Of a stretch of 64,000 nt of DNA, positions 25,202 through 37,770 are shown piece by piece. Under the pieces are notes generated by a model. The model was given only the letters and a program-made list of their open reading frames with translations. It searched no databases and was not told the DNA's origin. The stretch comes from Tubiluchus corallicola (lineage: Eukaryota > Animalia > Priapulida), in contig JAQGDQ010000118.1 of NCBI GenBank assembly GCA_030141605.1, forward strand, positions 434,001-498,000, in the 5' to 3' direction. Each line of letters opens with the position of its first letter. Position 1 is the stretch's first letter. The translations under genes were made by a program, and so were the position numbers.

Positions 25202-26332
25202 ATGGCTTCACGAAAAATGCTGTACTTCAAATGCACGTCTTGTTCGGAGTGTTTTTTTAATGAAGAGGCTTTCTTTAATCACAGCAGAGTTCGGCATTGC
25301 AAGGTTCTGGTCAGCGAAGGACACGATCCTAGTAAACGGGTGACCAAGAGTGACCGGTTGATTGAAGCCAGCGCGAAAGGCAAACGTACTTCTAGACCAA
25401 AGGAAGAAACTGACAACGCAGGTGAAGAAGATTACGATGTTGATGTTGCTTTGCAGAGTTCTACCATCTCTGAAACAGAACAGGTGGAAGACAACGTATT
25501 CATTGTAATAGGAGATAGTAATGTCGTCGTTTCCCACGATGGACAGCTGCCTGAAATGAAGGTTACTCCAACCACAGCTCTACAACCGAAGAGAATTTTG
25601 TCACAAACAAATAGAAATGTTATGCAGAAGGGCAGCATTCGTGAAAGTTTGGCATTTGATGATTCCAAGAAGAAGAATTATCCAGGAGGACCGTACCGAA
25701 CAACTTTGGTAACTCTATCAAATGATTGTGGAACCCCATCTCCAGCTAAGACATGTGCTGAACCAGTTAGAGATACTACCCCCAAAAAGCCATCGCCACG
25801 AAAAGACGCGAAGAAGCCCAAGCAAGGAACTGAACGTGTTGCGCATGTTTGTAGTTGGTGCGGGAAAAGTTTTCGTTACGCCAGAGACCTGACGCGTCAC
25901 GAACGCTTGCACACGGATGAGCGCCCCTTTGAATGTGAAGTGTGCCAGAAACGATTTCGACGTTTGTATCATGTGAAGGTACACAAATTAGCAAAACACA
26001 AAGGAGTGGGTTTGGAACTAATGGAGCGAAAAGTCCGGACGTCTGGAGTGGGTGTGAGGTCACGGCGAGAGGGTCGTCATTCATGTGCGTGGTGCGGGAA
26101 ATGCTTTCGTGATGGCACTGATTTAGGGCGCCATGTTCTTATTCACACCGGTGAACGCGCTTTCCAATGTGATTTGTGTGACAAACGATTTCCGCTGCTA
26201 CAACACCTGAAAGCTCACAAGTTAAATATACACACGCCTAAGAAGGATACGGCACCAGAGTCCGCTGAAGAAATGACCAGCGCTTTGAGTGATGGTGAGA
26301 AAGCGTTGCCGGCCACGCATAGCAAAGACTGA
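25202..26332 (+). CDS. ZF3: family N-module + 4 C2H2 fingers in two pairs
   Basis: [35 protein letters not shown]; acceptor ending 25158; alternative in-frame ATG at 25187. Confidence 0.88.
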   Translation: [376 protein letters not shown]

Positions 26333-26404
26333 GGAAAGGAAGCAGACATTTTTCATGCGTCAGCTTTGCTCATTTTAAATGTCATATGTGTTTATATAGT
26401 ACAT

Positions 26405-26480
26405 GAATACTTATGAGTACACATGCACACTTATGAGTACACACTTATGAGTACACAGTTTCTTATGAGTACACATGCAT
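26405..26480. repeat. Short tandem repeats of cttatgagtacac
   Basis: Four copies directly visible 3' of ZF3. Confidence 0.8.
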
Positions 26481-26827
26481 GTAGTACCCAGATTGTAACA
26501 TCACCAATGAGACATGTCTCAGTACATTGCTAAAGAGATGCTATGCAATCATAGCAATGTGTGTCTCACACTATATTGACTCTCTTTTGTTACAGTATAA
26601 CCCCAGTATAGCGAACAAACAAAAAATGCTAATTTGTGAACATGATAGTTATTATTGTAATGTAGGCATGTAAAAGTTTTGACCACTTTCCAGCTACTAT
26701 AATATGCTGTGTAAATAGTTTTTGTGATTCGTATTTCCTATAGTCTCTGTAGTCTATAGTTGAATTTGATTTGAGGTGATTGAATACACCTGTATTTTTA
26801 ATAAATGTGGAATAAGATACTATAGCA

Positions 26828-27327
26828 CAGGGGTGTGCAAATTGAGGCCCGTGGGCCACTTGCGGCCCTCCGAGAGAATTTGTGCGGCCCACGAAGAGAT
26901 TTGTCAACCTAATGAAAGTGCGGCCCAGGCGATTAATTGAGTGTATCCAGATGAAGTCCGTGCCACGATCCCAAAGATAGTGCGGGTAGTTTTTTCTACT
27001 AGATCGGATGCCATTAACCCCTACAAGATGGTTGTAGCTTAATGTCACTGTACTACACAGACTGTGTGATACACATTACTAATATGCATTGTAATGAAAC
27101 TACCACTATCTGTCCTGAAAGTAGAAATATATGGTTTGTAATATAAATTTTAATAATTTCTAAAATAGTTTCTCGACTGTAGTAGTAATGATGTACGCAG
27201 GTCGGATGTAAAAAAATCGTTATTAGGCCTTTCTGTACTTGGCTCCTTGATCAAACTGCATGTGGCCCGCAGAAACCGCAGGAAAGTTTAATGTGGCCCG
27301 GCTAGTCAGATAATTTGCACACCCCTG
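26828..27327. mobile_element. hAT MITE family A, copy 2 (opposite orientation to copy 1)
   Basis: Same TIR; perfect 8-bp TSD ctatagca. Confidence 0.95.
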
Positions 27328-27855
27328 CTATAGCAGGTCAGTGTGGTTAATAATTTGATAACTGCGCAAAATATGAAATAATGACATAATTTTATTGTGT
27401 GTTCTCTTCTTTAGTTTTGTGACCTATTGTAATGGTTTCAGAACATTCAGTTAATCGTTCAACTGCAAAAGATGTAATTGAAATCTATAATCAGTTTGAA
27501 TCTCGCATTTTTCAAGTTTTATGAACTTAATACAATCTAAAATATTTACTGACTTGTTGATTGTAGCAACTTTGTTCTAAGGGCAGAAAAGCACTATTCT
27601 TATTTCTTATATCAGACATGGCATAAAATATGCGTAATTTAAAACACGTATTGCATCACGTCTAACCAAAACAATGCTTACATACATTTACAACAGTGGA
27701 ATAGTAATAAGTTTACTACGTTTTTACAACAAATTTACCTTTGTGGTGAGTTAATTACAACATTCTCTCGTTATCATTAGGAATACCTACTGTTCTATAA
27801 TTTATCAACTATACATACGCTTGGTGTCTCCTTCGCTGGTTAAACGTGTTTTTTC

Positions 27856-28166
27856 AGTTCGAACTCGATTCGAATCCAAAACTATAGATTCGAATAATTC
27901 AGCACTTCAATCACACATGTTCTTTATCACTAAAACGATTGAAACATCATGCAATTAGCATAATTTAGCTGTGATTTCTGTGCACAATTTTAAAGAAATT
28001 ACTAGTCGCTTTATTGCAGAACAAAATCTAGTGATATGCATGATCTTTGTAAGACTAATTTTTACGGTGGTTCGAAAATCTTTCAATCTCAATTCGAATT
28101 CGGTTCGAATTTGAAACACTGAAGTTCGGTTCGAATTCGCTTTCTGGTAGAGAATGCTCACCCCTA
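27856..28166. mobile_element. Partial hAT-like element end with ttcgaa repeats
   Basis: Clustered ttcgaa motifs ending in gctcaccccta terminus; other end not identified. Confidence 0.4.
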
Positions 28167-28356
28167 GTGTGTAACTAACTGTACACGAAGTCAGGATGGC
28201 AAATAGATATGTTAAAACAAAAAAGCTAAAATGTGCACAGGAAACCGGTAGCCTAATGCTTTCATAAAATGCTAATACATTCTTACGATTAAATTATTAT
28301 TAGTATTACTATTATGTTACGTTATAATGGTAACTGCAGTTGGTGTTCCCTTAAAG

Positions 28357-28869
28357 CAGTGGTTCCCAAAGTAGGGGTAAATTACCCCCCGGGGGTAATA
28401 TGGTTTTTTTTTTGGGGGGGGGGGGGTAACGGGCACCCCTCTGAAAATTTTTAAAACTTCGCTCGGAATGCATTTTACGTAGTTTTCTTGAAGAGACTGC
28501 CTCCGGCAGGCAACACTGTGTCATGGGGTCCATCATTCGCACGTTCCCACGATCTCTGGTGCGAACTGAGATTTTGTTGTTGTCATTCATTTCTTCTTGT
28601 TTTCATTTGTTCGAGTAATAATTACTCGAACAAACCTGCTCACTCAGTAATGAGCAGGTTCAGTAATTGTAATTCTTGTTTTGGCAACAATACAACAACA
28701 ACACCTGGAAATTTATTTATGTCACGAGCAAACATAAATAATTTTGCTTGCTTGTGGCATATACGTGTGTTTACTTTTTGAGTTGGAGAAGTAGTACTAG
28801 GTGGGGGGTAATGGACACGACCGGGTTTCCCGATTTGGGTAACGGTCCGAGAAAGTTTGGGAACCACTG
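28357..28869. mobile_element. hAT (Charlie/Buster-type) MITE family B
   Basis: TIR cagtggttcccaaa / tttgggaaccactg; perfect TSD ccttaaag. Confidence 0.93.
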
Positions 28870-29272
28870 CCTTAAAGAGAAAACTGGTGGGGATTGGGAA
28901 ATGTATGGACCTGTTCCTGCAAACAGCATGACTCAAAAACGTAACCCACATTTAGATGGGAAATTGCACAGTTTGTCAACCCATTCACTAGCAGGTAATA
29001 AGGAGTTGATGATCCAAACAAAACCATTCAACATGAAATGACAAGTTTATACTCTAATGTTGAAGCCAAACACAGAGGGAATATAGGTTTTCCATCTCCT
29101 TGCAAATTCTTGTAAAAAATAAGCGATTGCTTTTTGTGACTAAAATGCTAGCCGTAGTTAAGTTCCGGTAAAATTAAAAATGTGATCACGTGTCGTCTTT
29201 ATTGATTGCAGAAACTAAGTGTAATTTTGACACCGTATAGTTTAAACAAGTGAGCAGCATAACTTTCCAGCT

Positions 29273-30160
29273 ATGGAGTCAGAAGGAACGATCTACTTCA
29301 AATGCACGTCTTGTTCAGAATGTTTTATGGCTGAAGGTGTTTTCTTGGCTCACAGTAGAACATGGCATTGCAAGATCATGACCAGTAAAGGTCAAAATCC
29401 TAGTACAGTAACGACAACAGAGAACACCCAATCTGGCATAAAGCAAGAAAGTGTTTTTGCTACAGAGAAGGAGTTTGATGCATTTAGTGTGGACGATGCA
29501 CCCACTGGTTTCAGTGTTTCACAACAAGACTTACAATTAACACAGAACATTACAATGCCTGTTGTCATATGAGAATCGAGTTTTGCCTTAAAGACTAATA
29601 GTAACAATGAAGCGTCACATGGTGGTGCAAGTATTGATGTCGCGTGGAAAGAGAACTCAAGAGATAAACATCTTGACCCACTGTTCCTGTCTATGGCTTC
29701 AACTTTGTTTACAGAACAAAATGCTATGCAAGGTTCCCCTTTGACGGAGCATGCGATAGATGCCAAATGTGAAAGCGGTTCAGCCATCAAGAAATTCTTT
29801 CGAAAGAAACTACCATTCCCAGTTCCTCGCCTAAATATAGCTAGGCCTTCCAGGATACGCATCCTATGCAAGAATCAAAACTAGCTGCTGCAAAAGTCAA
29901 GGAAAATTCTTGCAAATGAAACTAAGTTACAACCGTCACAAGGCTTTGTTGTGGGTCGTTGAAGTTCACAACGGACAGCTGATAGGTATTTCAGTAGCTG
30001 GTGTGGAAATTTTTTTCGATTGGCTCAACCCCTGAAGCGGCATGAACTTATTCATACTGGTGAACACCCCCCCCCCCACGAATGTGATGTGTGCCATAAA
30101 CGATTTCGACTTTTACATCAATTGAAAGTACACAAGTCAACGCAACATAATACAGCTTAA
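29273..30160 (+). pseudogene. ZF4: nonsense-disrupted paralogue
   Basis: Full N-module; in-frame stops at 29570 (TGA), 29882 (TAG) and ~29960 (TGA); first finger lost a Cys (YFSSWC); poly-C expansion in linker (HTGEHPPPHEC); homologous end TAA at 30158. Confidence 0.85.
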
Positions 30161-31258
30161 TTATGTGAGTGTGGAAGCGCTTTCACAAGAGATTACAAAA
30201 CATGACACAATTGAATAATTGAAGTTGAAGGACTAACCCAGCAATATGATCTTGTATAAATTAGTTGATTATTAGTTTTCTGCAACTTATGCATTAGAAA
30301 ACACTTCTTTGTAATTACAGTTTTACTTATTATACCTTATTGTAATTTGTAAATAGGATATCGTACTTAATTGCTGCTAAGGAAAATGGTTCAGTTACGT
30401 TTCAGTATGCGTCATTTAAGTTTTGTGTAGTACACGCAGTGGCCGTGAACTTCAGTCTTGCATACGCGAATTTATTTTGTTTTTGTTAGGTTAGTGCATT
30501 GTGTATTTCAACTTTGTAACCTGTTGTTAATTGGCTTCAATAATTGTTATCGTATCTGATGATGAGTGCCATAATTGTGTATCTGAAGTAGCTGTACCAT
30601 TTCACCATGCATGCAGCATCAAGTTTGCATGTTGTCTTTGTTTTAGTAGAAAACACTGCTTTACTTGCAGTTTTATTGTTCACTGTGTTGCTTGCTTCAA
30701 CTAGAATTAAACACGGCGATTTTCCTGTGTAAGAAGAGCAGTTCCTTATATAGACGCATCACAGTTGCGTGTCATTCATAACTATTCGGGTTCAGGATTA
30801 TGAAATTTGATAAAAAATTTGGGAATTTTGTTTTTGGACCACCCAGCGATCTTGCCAAAACTGCTTGATAAAAGACTAGCAAAGCTCAGGTGACATTACA
30901 ACAATGTTATTGTTCAATGACATAATTTTCATTGTTTTTTTGGTTCTTTTCTCTGAAGTTTGTATCAAATGTATCTCCATATATAAATGGAATACTATTG
31001 TTCTGAATTGTTGAGAAAGATACCACAACTTTTCATGGTGATTGGCTTGTATTTGGTCTTACATTTTTTCATAACCTTGTTATACTTTTTCTGTCCCACA
31101 ACAATTCATATGCCATAAATACTTAGCCGTGTAGCAGAATTAAGTGATTAAAATGACATGGTGTTTTCTTCGTTGATTGCAGAACCTTTGGGAAGTGTAA
31201 CTGAATGCAATTTGGCTACAGTTAAAAACCATACATTGAGCAACAGATCGAACAAACC

Positions 31259-32104
31259 ATGGAATCGGGAGGCATGATCTACTTCAAATGCACGTCTTGT
31301 TCTGAGTGTTTTATGAATGAAGACGTTTTCTTTGCTCACAGCAGAACATGGCATTGCAAGATTCTCGTAAGCGAAGGCCAAGATCCTTGTGATCAGGTGA
31401 CCAATGGTATTAAAGAAGAGAGTGTTTCTGCACCAGAAAAGGAGTGTGATTTAATCAGCGGGGAAGACTTTGATGACTGCGTTGTTGTTTCCCAGGACAG
31501 CTTTCAACCATCACAGAGCATCACAATGCCAGCTATCAAATCAGAATCAAGTTTGTGTTTATCAGATGATGGCAACATTAATCCTTTTTTTGGTGGCTCT
31601 GATGAGGAGCGCAGTGACTTGTCGAGAGTGAAATTTGCAGAATCACAATTTCTATCAGCAATTCCAAGCTCATTTCCAGATATAAATAGTGCTGAAGGCG
31701 CTGCTTGTAATTATCAGTGTGAGAGTAATTCGTTCATCCAAAAACTATCTCGAAAAAAATCACTTTCCCAAAATTATCGTCCAAGTATATCTAGGCCATC
31801 TGGTTTACGCAGAAACCAAAGTCAGTTTTTGCAAAAGACCAGGAAAAAACTGTCGAGTGACATTGTATTTAAGGCACACACATCACAAGATACTGGCACA
31901 AGTGACATAAGTTCACGGCGAATAACTGTTAGTGGTTATTCTTGTAGATTCTGTGGGAAAATATGTAAAACGACTACGGACTTTAGACGCCATGAGCGTG
32001 TCCACACCGGAGAACGTCCGTATGAATGTGATGTATGTCATAAACAATTTCGACTGTCACATCATTTGAAGGCACATAAGTTATCTCAGCACAGCTCAAG
32101 CTGA
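31259..32104 (+). CDS. ZF5: family N-module + 2 C2H2 fingers (281 aa)
   Basis: Intact ORF; acceptor gtgttttcttcgttgattgcag ending 31182. Confidence 0.92.
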   Translation: [281 protein letters not shown]

Positions 32105-33438
32105 CTAAAAACATACAGCTAAAAGACGATTAAATATAACATTTGGGATAACAGTGGTAAACCGAACAATAATTAAGCCAACCATACACTTGTAGATGGT
32201 GTGGGAAATCTTTTGAACGTGGTACAAACTTTATTATAATATGCAAAACTAGGTGCAGCTTCAGTATGTATATTCACTCCCCAGAGAAATACACAAGAAA
32301 CTTGAACAAGGATTAGTCTTTGTAATTAACGAAGTTGACTAATATAAGACAGCAGTGAGAATGATTTTTTCCTTTTGCCATTAGCTAATGTCTTTCAGAA
32401 GACAGAAGCCACTTGTCTTGTACGTAACCATCAGAAAGCTTGTTGCTCGTCAGTAAAGGGGCTTCCAGAAGGAATGTCGCTAAGTTGTGCGGTTAGCTTG
32501 AAGGGGCTAGCTCGAACTGGCAGAATTGTTTGCTGGTTGGTGATTGAATATTCTTTCTAGTAGTATATTGGAAATTAATAATTAATTTAAATGTTGGTTC
32601 AGGCAAAACTTACTACTGTGGATAGTGGATTATCAGCAGCAAAGTGGATAACTTTGTGTTGCTTTGCAAAAATCAAATAATTCTAATTAATTTTTAATTA
32701 ATGATGATAATGTATACTAATAGGAAAAAACTTTCTTCAGTAACTCATAATGCTTTTGAAATCGCATTCTTTATAAATGAACGAAGTTCTAGTGAATGTT
32801 GCTCAATTTTTCATAGCACATGTAAAAAATAACCTAAAGGAATGAAAAGATGTCTTACAGTACAACATGGACCAGAATGACAAATTAGAAAATGCACTCA
32901 CTATATGAGGAAACAAGCTTGCATTAATATATGCACGCTTGCTGCATTCATTTTAATATCATCGTTTGCCTTTACACAGCTATCGTTTTTGCACTGCAAT
33001 TCTTGTCTTTGCCCATTCAGCGTAACCTTTTGACTATTGAGTTATTATGCTGAATTTGCATTGATAATTTTTACTGAAAATCTGCTATCTTCTACACAGC
33101 AAACAGGCAGGCATATCTACGGTTATGCGAAAATATTATTAGTATTGTAGTACTCATCTTTTGTTTAGAATAATTATTTTGTATCGTAGTCAGTAAAAAT
33201 ATATCAGATGTATTTCCGGTGTATGTAGGCCTATGTATTACTCAACTTTCAGTGTATTTCAGTTAATAGTTTGTAGCTTGTAAATTAAATTTTATATATT
33301 TTTTGCTTCCTTAACCATATTGATTGGCATTTGCTGAATTTGTTAGAAAAAGGTATAATGGCATTGTTCACTTTGGGCCATTTTATCTTTTAGACTGCAA
33401 GAAATGATTGAGAAATCATCTAGAAAATTTTAATTGTT

Positions 33439-34540
33439 ATGAGCATTGAATATTACATTATTAATTTGATACATCCTAGCAGTCAGTCAAATAGTGAAGT
33501 TACCGACTTTTTAGTAAAAGAAGAATGCAATTTCGCTTCAGAAACGGTGTGAATGAAGTCAATGGTGTGAATAAAGTCGGTTACGATACTAGCATTTTTG
33601 CAGCCTCACAGCAGGGATTACAACCACTGCAGTGCGTTAACGTTCCAGCCTCAAAATCAAAATCAAGCTTTAGGAGAGACCTCAATGACAATGACATGGC
33701 AGTTCCAGCCGATGTAGCTGGTTTAGACTGGCAAACAGCATCAACTGTTGAGACACAACTTTTGTGGAAGGGCACTTGTTCCTAGAGGATCTCGAAGATT
33801 TCAGCATGTGAAGAGCACCCGTATTGCTGTTAGCCAGGAGGCAATTTTTAACACATTTAACAATAAGAATTCCATGCAGTGTCAAGCAGATGTTTAACAT
33901 TTAAAACGGTATATTATTTGCAGTTATGCTTTTGTGATTAAAGGAACAATTCTTGAATTGGTATAATTCGAAACATTTATAATTGTACTTACGCTCTATG
34001 CGGTATGGCAGTATTATATGTAATTATTTTGTTGTTATTTCAGCCTGATCATTGCTGCAATATCATAAATAAACCACTTTGATTGATTCAGCAAGAACTT
34101 CTATAGTTATTTAGTTCCTAATCCATTGTAGAAATAATAAACACTAATACCTATAGCACACAAGTCATTAGTGTGAGCGAGGGCCATAACAGTCATTCCA
34201 AGAATCACACATTGACAAATAAATACCTGAAAATAGGACTGCAACTGGTGTCTTCAAATGCATTTCTTCGCAAAAGTCGGTCAGAGCCAATGAAAGCCTT
34301 AACTGTTGATAAATCGTTTACGGGACAAGCATCGGAGAGTTGTAGAAGTAAAGCAGGTTCTCAAAAAATAAATGTGAGCAGTTATGGTTGTAGATGGTGT
34401 GGGAAATTATGTCAGACAAGGACAGACGTTAGACACCATGATCGGGTTCACACTGGTGAACGTCCTTATAAATGTGATCTATGTAATAAATGGTTCAAGC
34501 GACCACTTCATTTGAAATAACACAAACATAAGCATGACAA
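33439..34540 (+). pseudogene. ZF6: degenerate paralogue lacking the N-module
   Basis: Remnants EVTDFLVKEE and SQQGLQPLQCVNVPASKSKS align to ZF5/ZF7 linkers; fingers [30 protein letters not shown] with a stop at 34518 before the His ligands. Confidence 0.7.
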
Positions 34541-34750
34541 AATTGCATTACCAATGGTACTTTAGTTAGTCCTCTGCCCATGAGTAAATAAGTGTCCGCA
34601 TACAGGGGTGCCGGAGCCATGGGGGCAGAGGGGTAGTGGCCGTAAGAGGGCAGTGGAGGAGCAGAATTTTGCATGTTTGATAGAAAAATTGTGGTTATCC
34701 ATGATTACACCAAAGAGTTTATGGGAACATGTGAACGGTCTAGTAATGAT

Positions 34751-35082
34751 CAGGGGGAAGTGGGGATATTTCCCCGGGACCTCACCCTCCAGGGGGCCTC
34801 GCGCCAAGGTAACTTTTTTTTGCTTTATGCGAACATACTGCATCTCTCTCTCTTGCCGCATGCGTGCCGTTTGCCAGTATTGACAAGTATTAAGGACTGG
34901 TCTTGAGAATAAAGCAGTAACAACTGTATAACTGCACATTTTCTCTTCGAATATGCTTCCTTGGCATTCTAGCAGTTCAAAAATTTTCTGAGCCCCAACC
35001 ATGGTAGCGCTCGCCCCCCCCCCCCGATGGGGCCTCACATGCCCCACTTCCCCGGGCCTCGCCTAGGCTCAAATAGGCCCTG
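34751..35082. mobile_element. MITE family C, copy 1
   Basis: Perfect TSD gtaatgat; right end aaataggccctg; left TIR partly deleted; homologous to 36024-36344. Confidence 0.85.
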
Positions 35083-36023
35083 GTAATGATAAAGCCACAT
35101 CGCGTACACATTACGTCAAAATTCAAATTTATATGAAAACATGCATCTATTATTCATTTTGAAAAGAATATGTGAGAGGCAGAGGGAATTCTGGGTGCCT
35201 TAGATATACCCTTACATATAAGTCACATGGGTAAACAAAATGTGCCCTTTTCATAAATGCTGCCTGACTCCCGTAATTTGCTGTTGGCACCCCGGTCGGT
35301 TATAAACGGGCTACAAAATGTTCGTGTTATGCCATCTTGTAAATGCAAAAACCCTAGAAACAATAAGCAGTGCTCACGTTTTTTGAAAAGACAGTGGTGG
35401 AAAAGAGTGACAATTGTAAAATGTAATATCTAGCAAACGAGAAATTGAACATTCAAAATTTTCCGAGTCCCAAATACTCCGGCAATAGAGTCTTCGGCAA
35501 ATAAGTCCAAAATGCTGCGCTTATGATCATAATTAATTTCTTTACTATCTCTCATCTCTTTCTGTTCATTTGTCTTTTTTGTTTTTCTTAATAACTCGAA
35601 CTGAAGGATAAGAAAATAGATGTATACTCTTGTGTGATCTCCGCAATGCAATTTGGTACCATGAGCTTTTCGCTCGCTGTTAGTACTATGGCATGTTCAA
35701 ACAACATTAGAGCACGAAATTTTCATTTAGAAAGTGGTTATTACAACAGGTTCTTCAACTTGTCTCTGATTATTGTTGCTCTTTTATGCCAAATAAAAAA
35801 GCATAAACTAAATTAATAAATGTCAAGATTAATAGATTTTGACAGTGTTGCCTTTTGTTATTTCCAACAAGACTAAGTAGCCCTAGAACTAACTTATTCA
35901 CCTTATTTGTTAGAGTGAGTACATAGTCGTGCATTCTAAGTGTAGCAAAACGTACATGTATGAGAAATTTTCAACTGATATGTAAACCTTCTGTTATAGG
36001 TTGTAAGAAGTGGTGGGTTAAAG

Positions 36024-36344
36024 CAGGGCCTATTTCATGGGGGGAGTGGGGATACTTCCCTGGGGCCTCACCCTCCAGGGGGCCTCGCGCGATGGTAAAA
36101 TTTTTTTGCTTTATGCGAACATACTCCTCTCTCTCTCTCTCTTGCCGCACGCACGCCGTTTGCCAGTATTGACAAGTATTAAGGACTGTACTTGAGAATA
36201 AAGCAGTTTTTCTTTCAATTGTTCTTTCCTTTAACAATTGTATAACTCCATATTTTCTCTTCGAAAATGCTTCTCCGGCGTTCTAGCAGTTCAAAATCAC
36301 ACGTCCCGCTTCCCCGGGCCTCGCTTAGGCTGAAATAGGCCCTG
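36024..36344. mobile_element. MITE family C, copy 2
   Basis: TIR cagggcctatttca / tgaaataggccctg; perfect TSD ggttaaag. Confidence 0.92.
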
Positions 36345-36552
36345 GGTTAAAGTCTTTCAGCCCTACATTTATTTTTGTTTTAATCATTAAATGTCTTGGA
36401 ATGTTTAAGGTTTTATGCACAACTTGATGAATTAACATAACAAACTTTATCATAATAGCATTAATATAGTGTTTTCTTCATTAGTTACAGACTGTATTGG
36501 AGAGCAAATCATTGGCACAACATTAAGAGTGTGATCAACAACAGAACACAGC

Positions 36553-37383
36553 ATGGAGTCAGAAGGAATGATCTACTTCAAATGTACATCTTGTTCTGAA
36601 TGTTTTATGAACGAAGATGTTTTCTTGGCTCACAGTAGAACATGGCATTGCAAGATTCTTGTAAGCGAGGGCCATGATGCTGACCAATTAACGCAATACA
36701 CCGTAAAGAAAGAAAGTAATGTGACTGCTGATGAATCATCTGATGTGATTGATACTGAACACTCAGGAGTCGATTGGTGTGTTACTTTTTCACATAAAGA
36801 ACTTCAGCCTTTAAAGAATATAGCCATTCCGGCTGTCAGATCGAAATCACATTTAATTTCATCATGTGTTGGTGACATAGAACATTTAAATAGTGGCACC
36901 AATAAAGCAAATGAAATGTCAGCAACGTGTTTTGCTGACCCACAGCTTCAGCCAACAATTTCACACCCTGAACCAGTAAGCATAACAAATGAAGAGGTGA
37001 CATCACTTGTTGAGAATTATTCACACACCAAAAAGGAGTTGTTTTCTAAAACTAGACCTAGACACAATAGATTTTCTGCAGCATGCAAGAGCCGGGGTCA
37101 TTTCCTATCAAAAAAGAGGAAAAAACTAAAAAGTGGCTATGTTGAGGCACAGGAATTTGTGGCAGTTCATGCAAGTTCACAGCGGGTGACGATAAGTGGA
37201 TATTCTTGCAGATTCTGTGGAAAAATATGTAAAACGACTACAGACTTCAGACGCCATGAGCGTGTCCACACTGGAGAACGTCCGTATGAATGTGACATTT
37301 GCCATAAAAAGTTCAAACGATCCGAACATTTAAGAAGACATAGAAATTTGCACATTACGGCTGTGTCATCACCTGCATCGTAA
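36553..37383 (+). CDS. ZF7: family N-module + 2 C2H2 fingers (276 aa)
   Basis: Intact ORF; acceptor gtgttttcttcattagttacag ending 36490. Confidence 0.92.
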   Translation: [276 protein letters not shown]

Positions 37384-37770
37384 TGGTTGACTTGTGCTTA
37401 AAGTCCTAAGTAATTTCTAGAGCACTGCCATCTGGCTTGCCTAGATGAAAACCTTGTTAATGAAGCAGATTTTTATGACATTCAGAAATGGTGAAAGCTA
37501 AAAGGCTGGCAATATAAAAAATTAATTGTACAAAATGTACATCAATTGCACTGGAATTTTGACCTGTATTTCACATAAAATCTAAATGCAATTTTTAGTT
37601 TAATCAAGATTGACCTTATTTTGTTGCCCACTAATTAAATTACATGTATATTCTTTTCTCTGGGCTATATAGAAAATGTCATAACTTTAAAAATTATTAA
37701 TGTTTCCTAAATTAAACTGATAACATTAATGTCCACCAGTAACTAAAAAATCTTTTTATCTATATTCGGT

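Noticed and set aside
29570-29962. Selenocysteine or readthrough at ZF4 TGA codons
   Set aside because: One stop is TAG, the TGAs do not fall at Cys positions, and a zinc ligand is also lost.
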